A DNA stretch of 64,000 nucleotides from Alphaproteobacteria bacterium (GTDB lineage: Bacteria > Pseudomonadota > Alphaproteobacteria > GCA-2731375). The DNA lies in the NCBI GenBank assembly GCA_030746635.1, contig JASLMH010000001.1, positions 26,416 to 90,415 of the forward strand, read 5' to 3'. Below are positions 7,993-18,614 of the stretch, in pieces. A program made the translations under genes and the position numbers. How positions within the stretch are numbered: position 1 is the stretch's first letter; each line of letters opens with the position of its first letter. The notes beneath the pieces were generated by a model. It made no database searches. It was not told where the DNA came from and saw only the letters and a program-made list of their open reading frames with translations.

Positions 7993-9885
7993 ATGGGCAT
8001 GAGCAAGCGCAAGGTCGTCGATGTCCTGCCGGTCGCCGGAGACGATGCCACGTTTTCGGCCGGGCAGAGTATCGAACACTTCCCCATTGGCATGGCTGTC
8101 TTCGACGCCGACTACCGCTTGGCGGCCTGGAACAGCGCCTATGCGGAAACCACCAGGCCGCCCGCCGAAATCCTCCGCGTCGGTGTGCCGATGCGGGAGA
8201 TGTTGCTGAAACTGGCGGAACGAGGGGTCCTGGGCCCGGGCGAGGCCGAGGAATTGGCGCAGACCAGGTTCGACGAGTTGCGAGGTGGCGCCGATCAGCG
8301 CGAATACGTCTACCCCGACGGCCGCATCGTCGAGGTGCGCACCACCGCTCCGCCGGGCGGCGGCCTGTTCGTCGCCTGCATCGACGTCACCGCGAAACGA
8401 CAGGCCGAGACCTCCCTGCGCGAGAGCGAACAGCGCCTGCGCGACTTCGCCGATACCGCCGGCGACTGGCTGTGGGAAATGGGTCCCGATCTCCGCTTCA
8501 CCTACATGTCGGAGCGGGTGGCAGACTTCACCGGCAAACCCGCCGCCTGGCATATCGGCAAGACCCGCACCATGGTGTCCGACCCGGAGCGGGACGAAGC
8601 GGCCTGGCGCCAGCACTTCGAGGATCTGGAACAGCGCCGGCCGTTTCGCGATTTCCAGTTCTTCCGCCGGGACGACAACGGCCGCAAGCAGTGGTTCAAC
8701 ACCAACGGCAAGCCCCGCTTCGACGGCGATGGCAACTTCCTGGGCTATCGCGGCGCCGCCTCCGACATCACGGCGCGCAAGAATGCCGAGATCAGGGTCA
8801 AGGAACTGGCCGCCATCGTCGCCTCGACGGACGATTCGATCTTCAGCGTCAGCCGCGACGGCACCATCGCAAGTTGGAACCCGGCCTGCGAAAGACTGTA
8901 CGGCTACACCGCCGAGGAAGCCATCGGTCAGCGCGGCAGGCTGCTAAGCGGCGACGAGGAGCAGGCACAGTCGCAACAAGCGTTTTGGCAGCAGGTTCTG
9001 CGCGGCGAGCCGGTCGAACAGGTGGAGGTTACGCGCACCCACAAGGACGGCCGCCCCCTGACCATAGCCTTGACCCTATCGCCAATCCTCGATGACGTTG
9101 GCGAAATCGTTGGCGCCTCGGGCATCGGCCGCGACATCACGGAGCAGAAACGCGCCGAGACGTCGATCGCCGATCAGCGGGACGAACTGCAGCGCATGAA
9201 CCAGCAGAAGAACCGCCTGTTCTCGATCATCGCCCATGATCTGCGGACACCGTTCAACAGTCTGCTGGGGTTTTCCGAGATCCTCGCCAGTCATTCCGAC
9301 AACCTCGAACGCAAGGAGGTCGGTGATTATGCCCGGATGGTTCACGAGTCGGCGCAGCAGGCCCACGAATTGCTGGAAAACCTGCTGGAATGGGCCCGGC
9401 TGCAAATGGGCCGGCGGACCAGCGAACCAAGACCGCTGGATGTCACGGCCGCGATCAATGCCGCGCTGAACCTGGCCGGAGCGAATGCCGCGCAAAAGGA
9501 GATCGCCCTGGAGCGCGGCGACATCGCCGTGCTGACCGCCTTCGCCGACCCGGCGATGGTGGAAACCGTGTTGCGGAATTTGGTCGCCAACGCGGTGAAA
9601 TTCACCGACGCGGGCGGCAGCGTCACGGTATCGGCGCAACGCCGGGAAAAAACCATCGCGATCACGGTATCCGACACCGGCATCGGCATCGCGAACGATC
9701 GCCTCGCCGGCCTGTTCGATATGTCCACCGCCACCAGCACCATCGGCACGGCCGGCGAAAAAGGCACCGGCCTCGGCCTGCATCTGTGCAAGGACCTGAT
9801 GGAATTGCAGGGCGGCGACATAGAAGCGGAGAGCACCCCGGGCCAGGGTTCGACCTTCCGCGTCACGCTGCCCTCGGCCATTTGA
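7993..9885 (+). CDS. Cytoplasmic multi-PAS sensor histidine kinase
   Basis: Three PAS-like repeats, H-box AHDLRTP, N-box NLVANAVKFT, DTGIG and GTGLGL. No transmembrane segment seen. Confidence 0.92.
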   Translation: MGMSKRKVVDVLPVAGDDATFSAGQSIEHFPIGMAVFDADYRLAAWNSAYAETTRPPAEILRVGVPMREMLLKLAERGVLGPGEAEELAQTRFDELRGGADQREYVYPDGRIVEVRTTAPPGGGLFVACIDVTAKRQAETSLRESEQRLRDFADTAGDWLWEMGPDLRFTYMSERVADFTGKPAAWHIGKTRTMVSDPERDEAAWRQHFEDLEQRRPFRDFQFFRRDDNGRKQWFNTNGKPRFDGDGNFLGYRGAASDITARKNAEIRVKELAAIVASTDDSIFSVSRDGTIASWNPACERLYGYTAEEAIGQRGRLLSGDEEQAQSQQAFWQQVLRGEPVEQVEVTRTHKDGRPLTIALTLSPILDDVGEIVGASGIGRDITEQKRAETSIADQRDELQRMNQQKNRLFSIIAHDLRTPFNSLLGFSEILASHSDNLERKEVGDYARMVHESAQQAHELLENLLEWARLQMGRRTSEPRPLDVTAAINAALNLAGANAAQKEIALERGDIAVLTAFADPAMVETVLRNLVANAVKFTDAGGSVTVSAQRREKTIAITVSDTGIGIANDRLAGLFDMSTATSTIGTAGEKGTGLGLHLCKDLMELQGGDIEAESTPGQGSTFRVTLPSAI

Positions 9886-9907
9886 GGCCGGGGAACGGCG
9901 CCCTGAC

Positions 9908-11779
9908 TTAGCCGGCGGCCCGGTCGTGCGCCGGCGGTTCGTCGTCGGCCGCCACCGCTCCCAGGCAATCGCTGATTTCGTCGTGATCCAGGGTTTCCTG
10001 TTCTTCCAGCCGGACGATCAACCCTTCGACGTCGGCCCGATGGGTGGTGATCAGTTGTTCCGCCCGGGTTTCCGCCTCGGCCAGCATCCCCCGCACCGCC
10101 TCGTCAACTTGATGGGCGGTCTGGTCCGAGAAATGCCGCGGCTGGGCGATTTCCCGGCCCAGGAAAGGGTGCGATTCCGACTGCCGCAGGTCGACCGGGC
10201 CGATGTCCTCGGCCATGCCCCAGCGGGCCACCATGGCCCGGGCCAGCTGGGTTGCCTGGCGGATGTCGTCATCGGCGCCCGATGAGACGCCGCCCAGCAA
10301 CAAACGCTCGGCCGTGCGACCGCCCAGCATCACCACCAGGCGATCACGCAGATAGTCCTCCGGCAGGGTATGGCGGTCCTCCTCGGGCAGCATATGGGTA
10401 CCGCCCAAGGCCCGGCCGCGCGGAATGATGGTCACCTTGTACAGCGGGTCGGCGTTCGGCAGGTAGTGGGCGGCGGCGGTATGGCCGGCCTCGTGTACCG
10501 CCAGACGATGACGTTCCTCGGGCTCGATCGCCAGCTTGCGCACCAGACCCATCATCACCCGATCGCGCATCTCGTCCAGATGCCGCATGGTGATTTCCGT
10601 TGCGCCCTCGCGGGCCGCCGCCAGCGCCGCCTCGTTCACCAGGTTCTTCAGATCGGCGCCGGAAAATCCCGGTGTCGCCCCCGCCACGATACCGAGATCG
10701 ACATCCCCCGCCATCGGTTTCTGCCGCACATGTACGCCTAGGATGGCCCGCCGGGCCTCGCGATCCGGCAGTTCCAGGGTCAGGTGACGGTCGAACCGGC
10801 CGGGCCGCAGCAGCGCCGGGTCCAACACGTCGGGCCGGTTGGTGGCGGCCAGCACCACCACCGCCTCGTGCCCCTCGAAGCCATCCATTTCCGAGAGGAT
10901 CTGGTTCAGGGTCTGCTCGCGCTCGTCATGGCCGCCGCCCAGGCCGGCGCCGCGGACCCGGCCGATGGCATCCAGTTCGTCGATGAAGATGATGCTGGGC
11001 GCCTTTTTCTTCGCCTCCTCGAACATCTTGCGGACCCGGCTGGCGCCGACGCCGACGAACATCTCGATGAACTCCGAGGCCGAGATGTGAAAGAACGGCA
11101 CCCCCGCCTCGCCGGCCAAGGCCTTGGCCAGCAGGGTCTTGCCGGTGCCGGGCGGTCCCATCAGCAGGATGCCGCGCGGCGGCTCGGCGCCCAGCCGGGT
11201 ATAACGCTCCGGATCCTTCAGGATATCCACCAGTTCCGCCACTTCGCGCTTGGCATTGTCCTGGCCGGCGACGTCGGCGAAGCGCACGTCCGGCGTCCCC
11301 TTGTCGTGGGCCGCGGCGCTGCCGGCAAGGAAATCGCCGATGCCACGGCCGCCCATGCCGCCGGCGACGTTGCGGTACATGCGGTTCCAGAACCATAAAT
11401 AGACCGCCAGCAGCCCGACCCAGATCAGCGTCGTCCAGATCGCCCCGGCACCGTCGGCGTCCGGCCGGCTGATCACTTCGACGCCCTGCTGTTCCAGCAG
11501 CGGCATCAACTTCGGGTCGCCGAAGGCTGGAATATTGGTGCTCAGTTGCTGGCTCGGCTGGCCGCCGGGGCCCAGGGCCATCGGCTGGCTCAGGCGGGCG
11601 GTGACGGCGTTGCCCTGCAGTTCGACGTGGGCGATCTCGCCGTCGCTCAGCAATTCCTTGAAGCGGCTATAGGCGACCTCGACGCCGTCACGCCGTGGCC
11701 CCGAGGCGAACAGCGAGCTCACCACCAGAACGGCCACGATCACCGCCACCAGGGGCAGCCACCTGGGAATTTGTTGCAT
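9908..11779 (-). CDS. ftsH: ATP-dependent zinc metalloprotease FtsH (probably a paralogue)
   Basis: N-terminal TM helices, [28 protein letters not shown] zinc motif. Confidence 0.93.
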   Translation of the reverse strand: MQQIPRWLPLVAVIVAVLVVSSLFASGPRRDGVEVAYSRFKELLSDGEIAHVELQGNAVTARLSQPMALGPGGQPSQQLSTNIPAFGDPKLMPLLEQQGVEVISRPDADGAGAIWTTLIWVGLLAVYLWFWNRMYRNVAGGMGGRGIGDFLAGSAAAHDKGTPDVRFADVAGQDNAKREVAELVDILKDPERYTRLGAEPPRGILLMGPPGTGKTLLAKALAGEAGVPFFHISASEFIEMFVGVGASRVRKMFEEAKKKAPSIIFIDELDAIGRVRGAGLGGGHDEREQTLNQILSEMDGFEGHEAVVVLAATNRPDVLDPALLRPGRFDRHLTLELPDREARRAILGVHVRQKPMAGDVDLGIVAGATPGFSGADLKNLVNEAALAAAREGATEITMRHLDEMRDRVMMGLVRKLAIEPEERHRLAVHEAGHTAAAHYLPNADPLYKVTIIPRGRALGGTHMLPEEDRHTLPEDYLRDRLVVMLGGRTAERLLLGGVSSGADDDIRQATQLARAMVARWGMAEDIGPVDLRQSESHPFLGREIAQPRHFSDQTAHQVDEAVRGMLAEAETRAEQLITTHRADVEGLIVRLEEQETLDHDEISDCLGAVAADDEPPAHDRAAG

Positions 11780-11969
11780 CGCGCCCTCGCCATGGGTCGG
11801 TCGGCCGCATGATACGCCGGAATTGCGGCCAATGGCGACTGCCAGGCGGGCCCGTCCGGACTTGTGGGCTTGGTTTCCGGGCGCCGGGAAGGTTGATCGG
11901 GGCCGCCGTCCCTCTTATGTCAGTTCGGCGGGGTCGGCATGGCGCCGGCCCGGCTAGGAGGGACCAACG

Positions 11970-12947
11970 ATGGTGGCGGATCGTTTGATGGGGCAGGCCC
12001 GGCGGTTGTTGCCGAAGCCGGGGACGACGCGCCTGCGCGCGGCCGGCGGTATCGCCGTCGCCCTGCTCGTCGCCGCCTTGTTCTACTATCCGGTCGGCAT
12101 GCTGATCACCCATACGATCGACGACGACGCTGCCTTCCAGGCGCCGGCCGAATTGTCGGCCGAGAACGGCAGCCAGGCCGTCGCCGTCGCCATCGCGATG
12201 ATCGAGCGCGAGGTCAACCAACACCGCTGGGTCGCCAACGACCCGTTCTTCCTGCCGCCGGCGGCGCTGGACAACATGCCCAACTTCCAACAGGGCATCA
12301 TCTCGGCCCTGGCCCGTTTCGCCTTCGAGTTGACCGACCAGATCGGCCGGACGCGGGGCACCAGCCAGACCGATCCCGACCTGCAGGAAGCCTCCGGTCA
12401 ACTACAATATTCCGGCGATGTCTGGGTGTTCGACCTCTCCACCTCGCTGGCCCCGACCACTACCTCGGAGGCACGCTACCGCAAGGCCGCGCGATCGCTG
12501 CGCGCCTACAACGAACGTCTGGCCTCGGGCAATGCGGTGTTCGAACGCCGCGCCGACAACCTGCTTGCCACCCTCGACCGTTTCGCCCTGGACATGGGCG
12601 CCTCGTCGGCGGCGATCGATCGCCACGTGGCCGAACATGCGGGCGATCTGATCGATACCCGGGCCGACGACATCTTCTACGGCATCAAGGGGCAGTCCTA
12701 TGCCTATTACCTGATCATCCGGGACTTGGGCGGCGACTACGCCAATGTCATCGGCGAACGCGAACTGGGCGGCGCCTGGGCCAAGATGCTGGAAAGCCTG
12801 CGGGCGACGGCGGAATTGTCGCCCTTGGTCGTGGTCAACGGGCAACCGGATTCGCAGGCCCTGCCCAGCCATCTGGCGGCTCAGGGCTTCTATTTGCTGC
12901 GCGCCCGCACCAAATTGCGCGAAATCACCAACATCTTGCTGAAATAG
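11970..12947 (+). CDS. DUF2333-family membrane-anchored protein
   Basis: One TM helix, then DNMPNFQQG, WVFDLS, RADNL..TLDR and DDIFY motifs recalled for DUF2333. It lies next to a USP gene. Confidence 0.7.
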   Translation: MVADRLMGQARRLLPKPGTTRLRAAGGIAVALLVAALFYYPVGMLITHTIDDDAAFQAPAELSAENGSQAVAVAIAMIEREVNQHRWVANDPFFLPPAALDNMPNFQQGIISALARFAFELTDQIGRTRGTSQTDPDLQEASGQLQYSGDVWVFDLSTSLAPTTTSEARYRKAARSLRAYNERLASGNAVFERRADNLLATLDRFALDMGASSAAIDRHVAEHAGDLIDTRADDIFYGIKGQSYAYYLIIRDLGGDYANVIGERELGGAWAKMLESLRATAELSPLVVVNGQPDSQALPSHLAAQGFYLLRARTKLREITNILLK

Positions 12948-13050
12948 TGGGTGCTAAGCCGGGCCGCTTGCCCGCACCGGCGGGGACTGGCACCATGGTA
13001 GGAGTTGGGCTCACCTGACCGCCGGCCCGGCACGAAGCTGTGGGGAACGG

Positions 13051-13542
13051 ATGAACGACGACCTCAAAAACGGCAGGCCCGAACGCACCAAGTTCCTCTG
13101 CGTGGTCGACGATTCGCCCGAGTGCCGGCTGGCCCTGCGTTTCGCCTTTCGCCGGGCGGCGCGCACCGGCGGCGGCGTCGTTCTGTTGTACGTCATCGAG
13201 CCGGCCGATTTCCAACACTGGATGGCGGTGGAAAACCTGATGCGCGAGGAAGCCCGCGAAGAGGCCGAGAACATCGTGCAGACGCTGGCCGAGGAAGCCA
13301 GCAAGTGGTCCGGCATCATGCCGGAATTCGTCATTCGCGAGGGCCGCAAGCAGGACGAAATCCTCGCCCTGTTGGAGGAAGCGCCGGAAATCCGCCTCCT
13401 GGTGCTGGGCGCCTCGCCGGACAAGGAAGGTCCGGGGCCGCTGGTATCGGCCCTGGCCGGACAGTTCGCCGCTTCCATGCGGGTGCCGATCACGGTGGTG
13501 CCCGGAGATCTGACCATGGACCAGATCGACGCGGTCACCTGA
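13051..13542 (+). CDS. Universal stress protein (UspA family)
   Basis: FLCVVDDSPEC, LVLGAS, PITVVPG. Confidence 0.88.
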   Translation: MNDDLKNGRPERTKFLCVVDDSPECRLALRFAFRRAARTGGGVVLLYVIEPADFQHWMAVENLMREEAREEAENIVQTLAEEASKWSGIMPEFVIREGRKQDEILALLEEAPEIRLLVLGASPDKEGPGPLVSALAGQFAASMRVPITVVPGDLTMDQIDAVT

Positions 13543-13578
13543 GGCGGTTGGGGCACCGGCGGACCAACGTCCCACCCA

Positions 13579-14973
13579 TCATTGCCAAAGCGGCGCCTCG
13601 AAGCTTTCCGTCGAATAACGGGAAATCCGAACGCGCGGCGACCAGAAATCGCCGGGCAAGCCGGCCTTGAGCTTCAACTGGGACAGGAAATCCGCCGGCT
13701 CTGGAATGGTCTTCCAGACCTGCGGCAGGAAGGTGCCGCGCCGCCCGCCCTCTTCCAGCAACAGACCGTCAAGGCCCGGCCGCAATTGCCGCAACAGATC
13801 GTCCTGATCATCGAAGGTCATCTCGGCAATCACGCCAAGCACCGAGATGCCGATCTCGAGGCCGTCCAACTCGGTCTCCGTCATGGCGGCAAACCGCGGG
13901 TCCTGGAAGGCCGCGGCCTGGGCGTGCAGGGCCACGTCGGCGATCAGCGGCCGGCTCGGTTGCAGGCCACCGATACAGCCGCGCAGCCGCCCCTCGCGCC
14001 GCAAGGTGACGAACGAGGCACGCCGGCAGGTGATCTCCAGATCATGCTCTTCGGGATCGATCGACGGGCGGCCGCCGCCGACCACACCCTGGTGAATAGC
14101 CGCGCCGGCCATCTGCAGCAGTCGATCGCGCCCCTCGGCGGAAATCCGGACCTCGGTATTGGCGGCAAAGGTCCAGCCGCCATAGCCGACCACCTGATCG
14201 CGGCTGCCGGCGGTATCGCCGGAATTGCGCAGGTCGATGGTGGTGGCGCGCAGATCGTGCCGCCGGGCGGCCCTCAGCAACCCCTCGATGGGCCGGGCAC
14301 CGCAGGCGTCATGGCCGTCCAATTCGTCGAGCGCCAGGGTTTCGATGGCCCCCCGGGTATCGGCGTCCAGGCGCCGCGCCGTCGCGTAGTCCTGATAGTG
14401 GCTCAGGTCCGAACTGATCACGATCAGGGTTTCGGGACCGCCCCAAAGCCGCTCCAGCACCGCCGCGACCGCCGCGCCGTCGGCGTTGCCGACCACCAGC
14501 GGCACCACCGAGAAGTCGCCCAGCACCTTTTGCAGGAACGGCAGTTGCACTTCCAGGCTGTGCTCCATTTGATGCGCCGGGTCGGATTGCTCGACGAAGG
14601 GCAGATCGGCGAGGACGGCGATGGCCGCCCGATCCACCGGCACCGGACCCAATGGCGTGGCGAAGGCGGCGACACTTGGCACCGCCAAGCCGGCCACCGC
14701 CACCCGGTGCGCCGGTCCCAACAGCACCACCCGGCTGATGCCTCCGGCCAGCGGCGCCAGATGGGCATAGACGCTGGCGGCGATGGCACCGGAATAGACA
14801 TAGCCCGCGTGCGGCGCGATCACCGCCTTCGGCGGCACCGTCGTCGGGGCCCTGGCAGCGGCCAGGAAACCATCGACCTGGCGGGCCAATTCGCCGGGAT
14901 CGGCCGGATAAAACATCCCCGCCACCGCCGGCGGCCGAACCGGGCCTTCGAAAGATGCGGTACTGGAAGTCAT
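13579..14973 (-). CDS. AmmeMemoRadiSam protein B (MEMO1-like) fused to protein A (AMMECR1-like)
   Basis: VRPPAVAGMFYP, PHAGYVYSG, EHSLEVQLPF, SSDLSHY, GDTAG and VVGY in the N-terminal part. ASFVTL...GRLRGCIG, LEIGISVL and GTFLPQVW in the C-terminal part. Confidence 0.92.
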   Translation of the reverse strand: MTSSTASFEGPVRPPAVAGMFYPADPGELARQVDGFLAAARAPTTVPPKAVIAPHAGYVYSGAIAASVYAHLAPLAGGISRVVLLGPAHRVAVAGLAVPSVAAFATPLGPVPVDRAAIAVLADLPFVEQSDPAHQMEHSLEVQLPFLQKVLGDFSVVPLVVGNADGAAVAAVLERLWGGPETLIVISSDLSHYQDYATARRLDADTRGAIETLALDELDGHDACGARPIEGLLRAARRHDLRATTIDLRNSGDTAGSRDQVVGYGGWTFAANTEVRISAEGRDRLLQMAGAAIHQGVVGGGRPSIDPEEHDLEITCRRASFVTLRREGRLRGCIGGLQPSRPLIADVALHAQAAAFQDPRFAAMTETELDGLEIGISVLGVIAEMTFDDQDDLLRQLRPGLDGLLLEEGGRRGTFLPQVWKTIPEPADFLSQLKLKAGLPGDFWSPRVRISRYSTESFEAPLWQ

Positions 14974-15044
14974 GCCAGCCATCATCATATAGTCTTCAGA
15001 TAGTCAGATTGGCCGGTTTGCCAAGGCTCGGCAAGGATTTGTCG

Positions 15045-16163
15045 ATGACCGAACATGATCAGCAGCGGACCGACCCGGCTCGTTTCGAGGGCAGCGTCGG
15101 CCGTTATTGGCAAACCCTCGAGGACGGCCGTATCCGCTGTGACCTGTGCCCCCGGGCCTGCCGGATCAGGGACGGCCAGCGCGGCCTGTGTTTCGTCCGC
15201 GCCGCCCAGGACGGCCAATTGCTGTTGACCACCTATGGCCGCTCCAGCGGCTTTTGCGTCGATCCGATCGAGAAGAAACCGCTGAACCACTTCCTGCCGG
15301 GCACGCCGATCCTGTCGTTCGGCACCGCCGGCTGCAACCTGGTCTGCAAGTTCTGCCAGAACTGGGACATCAGCAAGTCGCGGCAGATGGACACCCTGGC
15401 CGATGCCGCCTCGCCCGAGCAACTGGCCACGGCGGCGCGCCGGCTGGGCTGCCGCTCCATCGCCTTCACCTATAACGACCCGGTGATCTTCCTGGAATAC
15501 GCCGTCGACACGGCGGAGGCCTGCCATCGCCAGGACATCCGCACCGTGGCGGTGACGGCGGGCTATATCTGCGAGGAACCCAGGGCGGAATTCTTCCGCC
15601 ACATGGACGCCGCCAACATCGATCTGAAGGCGTTCAACGAGACCTTCTATCGCAAACTGACCGGCTCGGCCCTGCAGCCGGTGCTCGACACCTTGGTCTA
15701 TCTGGCCACCGAGACCGAGGTCTGGTTCGAGATCACCACCCTGCTGATCCCGGGGGAGAACGACTCCGCCACGGAAATCGAAGCCATGTGCCGTTGGATC
15801 CACGATCATCTGGGACCCGACAGGCCGGTGCATTTCACCGCCTTCCACCCCGACTACCGCATGCGCGAGTACCCGCGGACACCCCACCAGACCCTGCTTC
15901 GGGCGCGGGAAATCGCCCTGAAACAGGGCCTGCATTACGTCTATGTGGGCAACGTCCACGACGATGCCGCCGGTAGCACCTATTGCCCGGGTTGCGGTGA
16001 ACGGGTGATCGGCCGGGACTGGTATGTGCTGACCCGCTGGCATCTGAGCGATGCCGGCGCCTGTCTGTCGTGCGGTGGGCAAATCGCCGGCCGCTTCGAC
16101 GGCCCGGCCGGCGATTGGGGCAGTAAGCGCCGGCCGGTGCGTCTGTCCGCGGCGGCTACCTGA
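15045..16163 (+). CDS. AmmeMemoRadiSam radical SAM enzyme
   Basis: CDLCPRAC, DPIEKKPL.HF.PG, GCNLVCKFCQNW, FTYNDP, C-terminal CPGC. Divergent from the B-A fusion. Confidence 0.93.
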   Translation: MTEHDQQRTDPARFEGSVGRYWQTLEDGRIRCDLCPRACRIRDGQRGLCFVRAAQDGQLLLTTYGRSSGFCVDPIEKKPLNHFLPGTPILSFGTAGCNLVCKFCQNWDISKSRQMDTLADAASPEQLATAARRLGCRSIAFTYNDPVIFLEYAVDTAEACHRQDIRTVAVTAGYICEEPRAEFFRHMDAANIDLKAFNETFYRKLTGSALQPVLDTLVYLATETEVWFEITTLLIPGENDSATEIEAMCRWIHDHLGPDRPVHFTAFHPDYRMREYPRTPHQTLLRAREIALKQGLHYVYVGNVHDDAAGSTYCPGCGERVIGRDWYVLTRWHLSDAGACLSCGGQIAGRFDGPAGDWGSKRRPVRLSAAAT

Positions 16164-16827
16164 TAGCGTTTTTTTGGCTCGGTTGGCGACGGGCGCGCCA
16201 GGCGGCTCGGCGGCGCTGGAATTCCGCCTGGGCCAGCCGCTGCCGTTCGGTCATGGCCCGGCGGCGTTCCTGGTGCCAAAGCCGCATGACCTTGATCCGG
16301 TAGGGCCGGCCTAACGTTTCGGTAGCGGAATGGTAGTGCGCGACGGCGGCGCTCCACGAACGGTACTGGCCATGCAGCCGGCGCAGCAGCCGCGCCGCAT
16401 AGTCGATGTTGCTGACCGGCTCCAGGGCCTGTCCAAGGTCGCGGAAGGCGCGAGGATGATAGTGCAGGTTCACCTGCATGCAGCCGACGTCGATGTTGCG
16501 CACGCCCTTGGCCCGCAACCGCTTCACCGCCGCCAGCGCCGCCGCCTTGTTGGCGAAGTGGCGGCCGCGCCGCTCGGCATAAACCGTCCAGGGCCAGGCA
16601 ACAAATGCCCGGCGCGGGGCCAGCCAGCGGCCGGCTTCGGCCAGGGAAATGGCCGACAAAAGTTGCGCCGGAATGCGGTATCGGCGCTCGGCCTTGGTGA
16701 TTTCGTGTCGGCAGTCGATGGCCGGAATAGCGTTGTTTTCCGGGCCTTGCCGGGCGGACGCCACGGTCGTCGGCTGGCTCGAAAGCAGCCCCGCCGTCAA
16801 CACCGCCAATCGCCAAAATCCGCTCAT
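16156..16827 (-). CDS. Lytic transglycosylase (SLT domain), flagellum/pilus-associated type
   Basis: AISLAEAG catalytic Glu, WPWT, IDVGCMQVN..YH, AVAHYHS. Start moved to ATG 16827 because the longer ORF start lies inside a sigma-54 promoter. Confidence 0.85.
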   Translation of the reverse strand: MSGFWRLAVLTAGLLSSQPTTVASARQGPENNAIPAIDCRHEITKAERRYRIPAQLLSAISLAEAGRWLAPRRAFVAWPWTVYAERRGRHFANKAAALAAVKRLRAKGVRNIDVGCMQVNLHYHPRAFRDLGQALEPVSNIDYAARLLRRLHGQYRSWSAAVAHYHSATETLGRPYRIKVMRLWHQERRRAMTERQRLAQAEFQRRRAAWRARRQPSQKNAIR

Positions 16828-16864
16828 CGTGCCATCGTCCGCATTGCCTTTCACCGATTCCATA

Positions 16865-16879
16865 GCAAAAGCCATGCCA
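16865..16879 (-). promoter_or_regulatory. Sigma-54 (-24/-12) promoter of the lytic transglycosylase
   Basis: Minus strand TGGCAT-GGCTT-TTGC with exact GG-N10-GC spacing, 38 nt upstream of ATG 16827. Confidence 0.7.
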
Positions 16880-16926
16880 ACTCGCCCGATGTCGGCGGCA
16901 GGCGGACGCTTCGCGGCAAATTTTGG

Positions 16927-17832
16927 CTATTCGGCGGCGGCTTCCAGGGGCTCGAAAGCGGTCGGCGGCAGGCGTCGAACATCGGCGATCAGCCGGGTCA
17001 TCGCCGCGGTCATTTCCGCCAGGTCAGGGCTTGGGGCGACCTGTTCCTCGTCCATGTAGAGGCGGCGATTGATTTCGATCTGCAGGGCGTGCACGCCGGC
17101 CGCCGGGCGGCCGTAGTGATAGGTAGTGAAGCCGCCGGCATAGGGGTTGTTGCGCAACACCCGATAGCCCAGATCGCTTAGGGTCTGGTGCACCCGGTCG
17201 GTCAATTCCGCCGCGCAGGTGGTGCCAAACCGGTCGCCCAGGACGAAATCGGCCCGCCTCGGCCCGCCTTCGCCATCCACCAGGCCATTGCTCGACGGCA
17301 TGGAATGGCAATCGATCAACAGGCAGTAGCCGAAGGCCCCTCGCGCCTGGTCGATCAAGCCGGCCAGGGCTTGGTGATAGGGGTGGTAGATCCGCCGCAC
17401 CCGCGTCTCGGCCTGGCTGAAGGACAGTCGCCGGCGATAGATGTCGCGGCCGTCGGCGGCCACCCTGGGAATGGTGCCCAGGCCGCCGGCGACCCGCAGC
17501 GAGGCGGCGTTGACATGCTCGGGCAGCGGTTCGCTGAACATCGCCGGGTCCAATTCCCACGGCTCCCGATTGGGGTCGAGATAGACGCGGGCATATTCCG
17601 CCCGCAACAGCGGCGAACCCTGGGCCGGCGCGGCGGCGAACAATTCCTCCATGAAGCTGTCGGCGGAACGCCGCAGCACGATCTCCGGCACGGCCGAGGC
17701 GGCCAGTAGTTCGGGCGGATAGTGTTGGCCGCTGTGCGGCGAGGCATAGATCGCCGGCGACAGCTGCCGTTCGGGCATATCGATGGTGAAGGGTGGCGGC
17801 GCGCTCCCACGGCGCCCTTTCGCGGTCGTCAT
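16927..17832 (-). CDS. N-formylglutamate amidohydrolase
   Basis: ASPHSG, ARVYLDPNR, GLGTIP, YHPYH, LIDCHSMPS, DFVLGDRFG, NNPYAGG, HALQIEINR. Confidence 0.9.
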   Translation of the reverse strand: MTTAKGRRGSAPPPFTIDMPERQLSPAIYASPHSGQHYPPELLAASAVPEIVLRRSADSFMEELFAAAPAQGSPLLRAEYARVYLDPNREPWELDPAMFSEPLPEHVNAASLRVAGGLGTIPRVAADGRDIYRRRLSFSQAETRVRRIYHPYHQALAGLIDQARGAFGYCLLIDCHSMPSSNGLVDGEGGPRRADFVLGDRFGTTCAAELTDRVHQTLSDLGYRVLRNNPYAGGFTTYHYGRPAAGVHALQIEINRRLYMDEEQVAPSPDLAEMTAAMTRLIADVRRLPPTAFEPLEAAAE

Positions 17833-18089
17833 CCTTGCTCGGTCCCGTTTGCCCGTATCAAACGCACGGGCCAGCCCGCGCCTCCGCCGGCATGCTATCA
17901 CGCCCGCGGGGCGAAACGGAAATTCCGCGCGCCAGGGGCATCCATCGGCCCTCGGGCGATGAAACGGGCCATCGAGGGCTGTTGATGTATCTTTACTCTT
18001 TGCTAGTGTTGTGCGGCTACCGTGGCCGGATGCGCGCTCAGCGAGTCATGGCCGGGCCCACGATAGACCTGCCTGGTTTCGAGGACAGC

Positions 18090-18449
18090 ATGGCAAAGAT
18101 CCTTTTGGCGGAAGACGACGATTCGATGCGGCATTTCCTCAGCCGCGCGCTCGAACGCGCCGGCCACGAAGTGTTCGCGGTGGGCCAGGGCGACGAGGCG
18201 CTGCCGGTGCTGGCCGAGGGTCGGTTCGATCTGTTGCTGGCCGATATCGTAATGCCGGAAATGGATGGCATCGAGTTGGCGCGCCGCGCCGTGGCGGTGG
18301 ATCCGCGCATCCGCATCATGTTCATCACCGGTTTCGCCGCCGTCGCCCTGCGCAACCGGCGGACCTCGCAGGCCGACGCCAAGGTGCTGTCAAAACCCTT
18401 CCACCTGCGCGACCTGGTCGACGAAATCGACAAGACCCTGGCGGCCTAG
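18090..18449 (+). CDS. cpdR: Single-domain response regulator CpdR
   Basis: MAKILLAEDD.SMR.FL..AL, DIVMPEMDGIELAR, MFITGFAAVAL, VLSKPFHLRDLV. Sits between the formylglutamate hydrolase and tRNA-Val. Confidence 0.9.
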   Translation: MAKILLAEDDDSMRHFLSRALERAGHEVFAVGQGDEALPVLAEGRFDLLLADIVMPEMDGIELARRAVAVDPRIRIMFITGFAAVALRNRRTSQADAKVLSKPFHLRDLVDEIDKTLAA

Positions 18450-18537
18450 GTGACGCGGCAACGGCGGGCTTGCACCGCCATCGGCTTTCCAATATATCGG
18501 CAACGTCCGTCGCGGCGCCAACCGCCCTGACGGCGAT

Positions 18538-18614
18538 GGGCGCGTAGCTCAGATGGTTAGAGTGCCGTCTTGACATGGCGGAGGTCCCTGGTTCAATTCC
18601 AGGCGCGCCCACCA
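18538..18614 (+). tRNA. tRNA-Val (GAC)
   Basis: GGGCGCG acceptor stem pairing with CGCGCCC, D-arm TAGCTCAGATGGTTAGAG, anticodon loop TT-GAC-AT, T-loop GGTTCAATTCC, encoded 3' ACCA. Confidence 0.97.
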
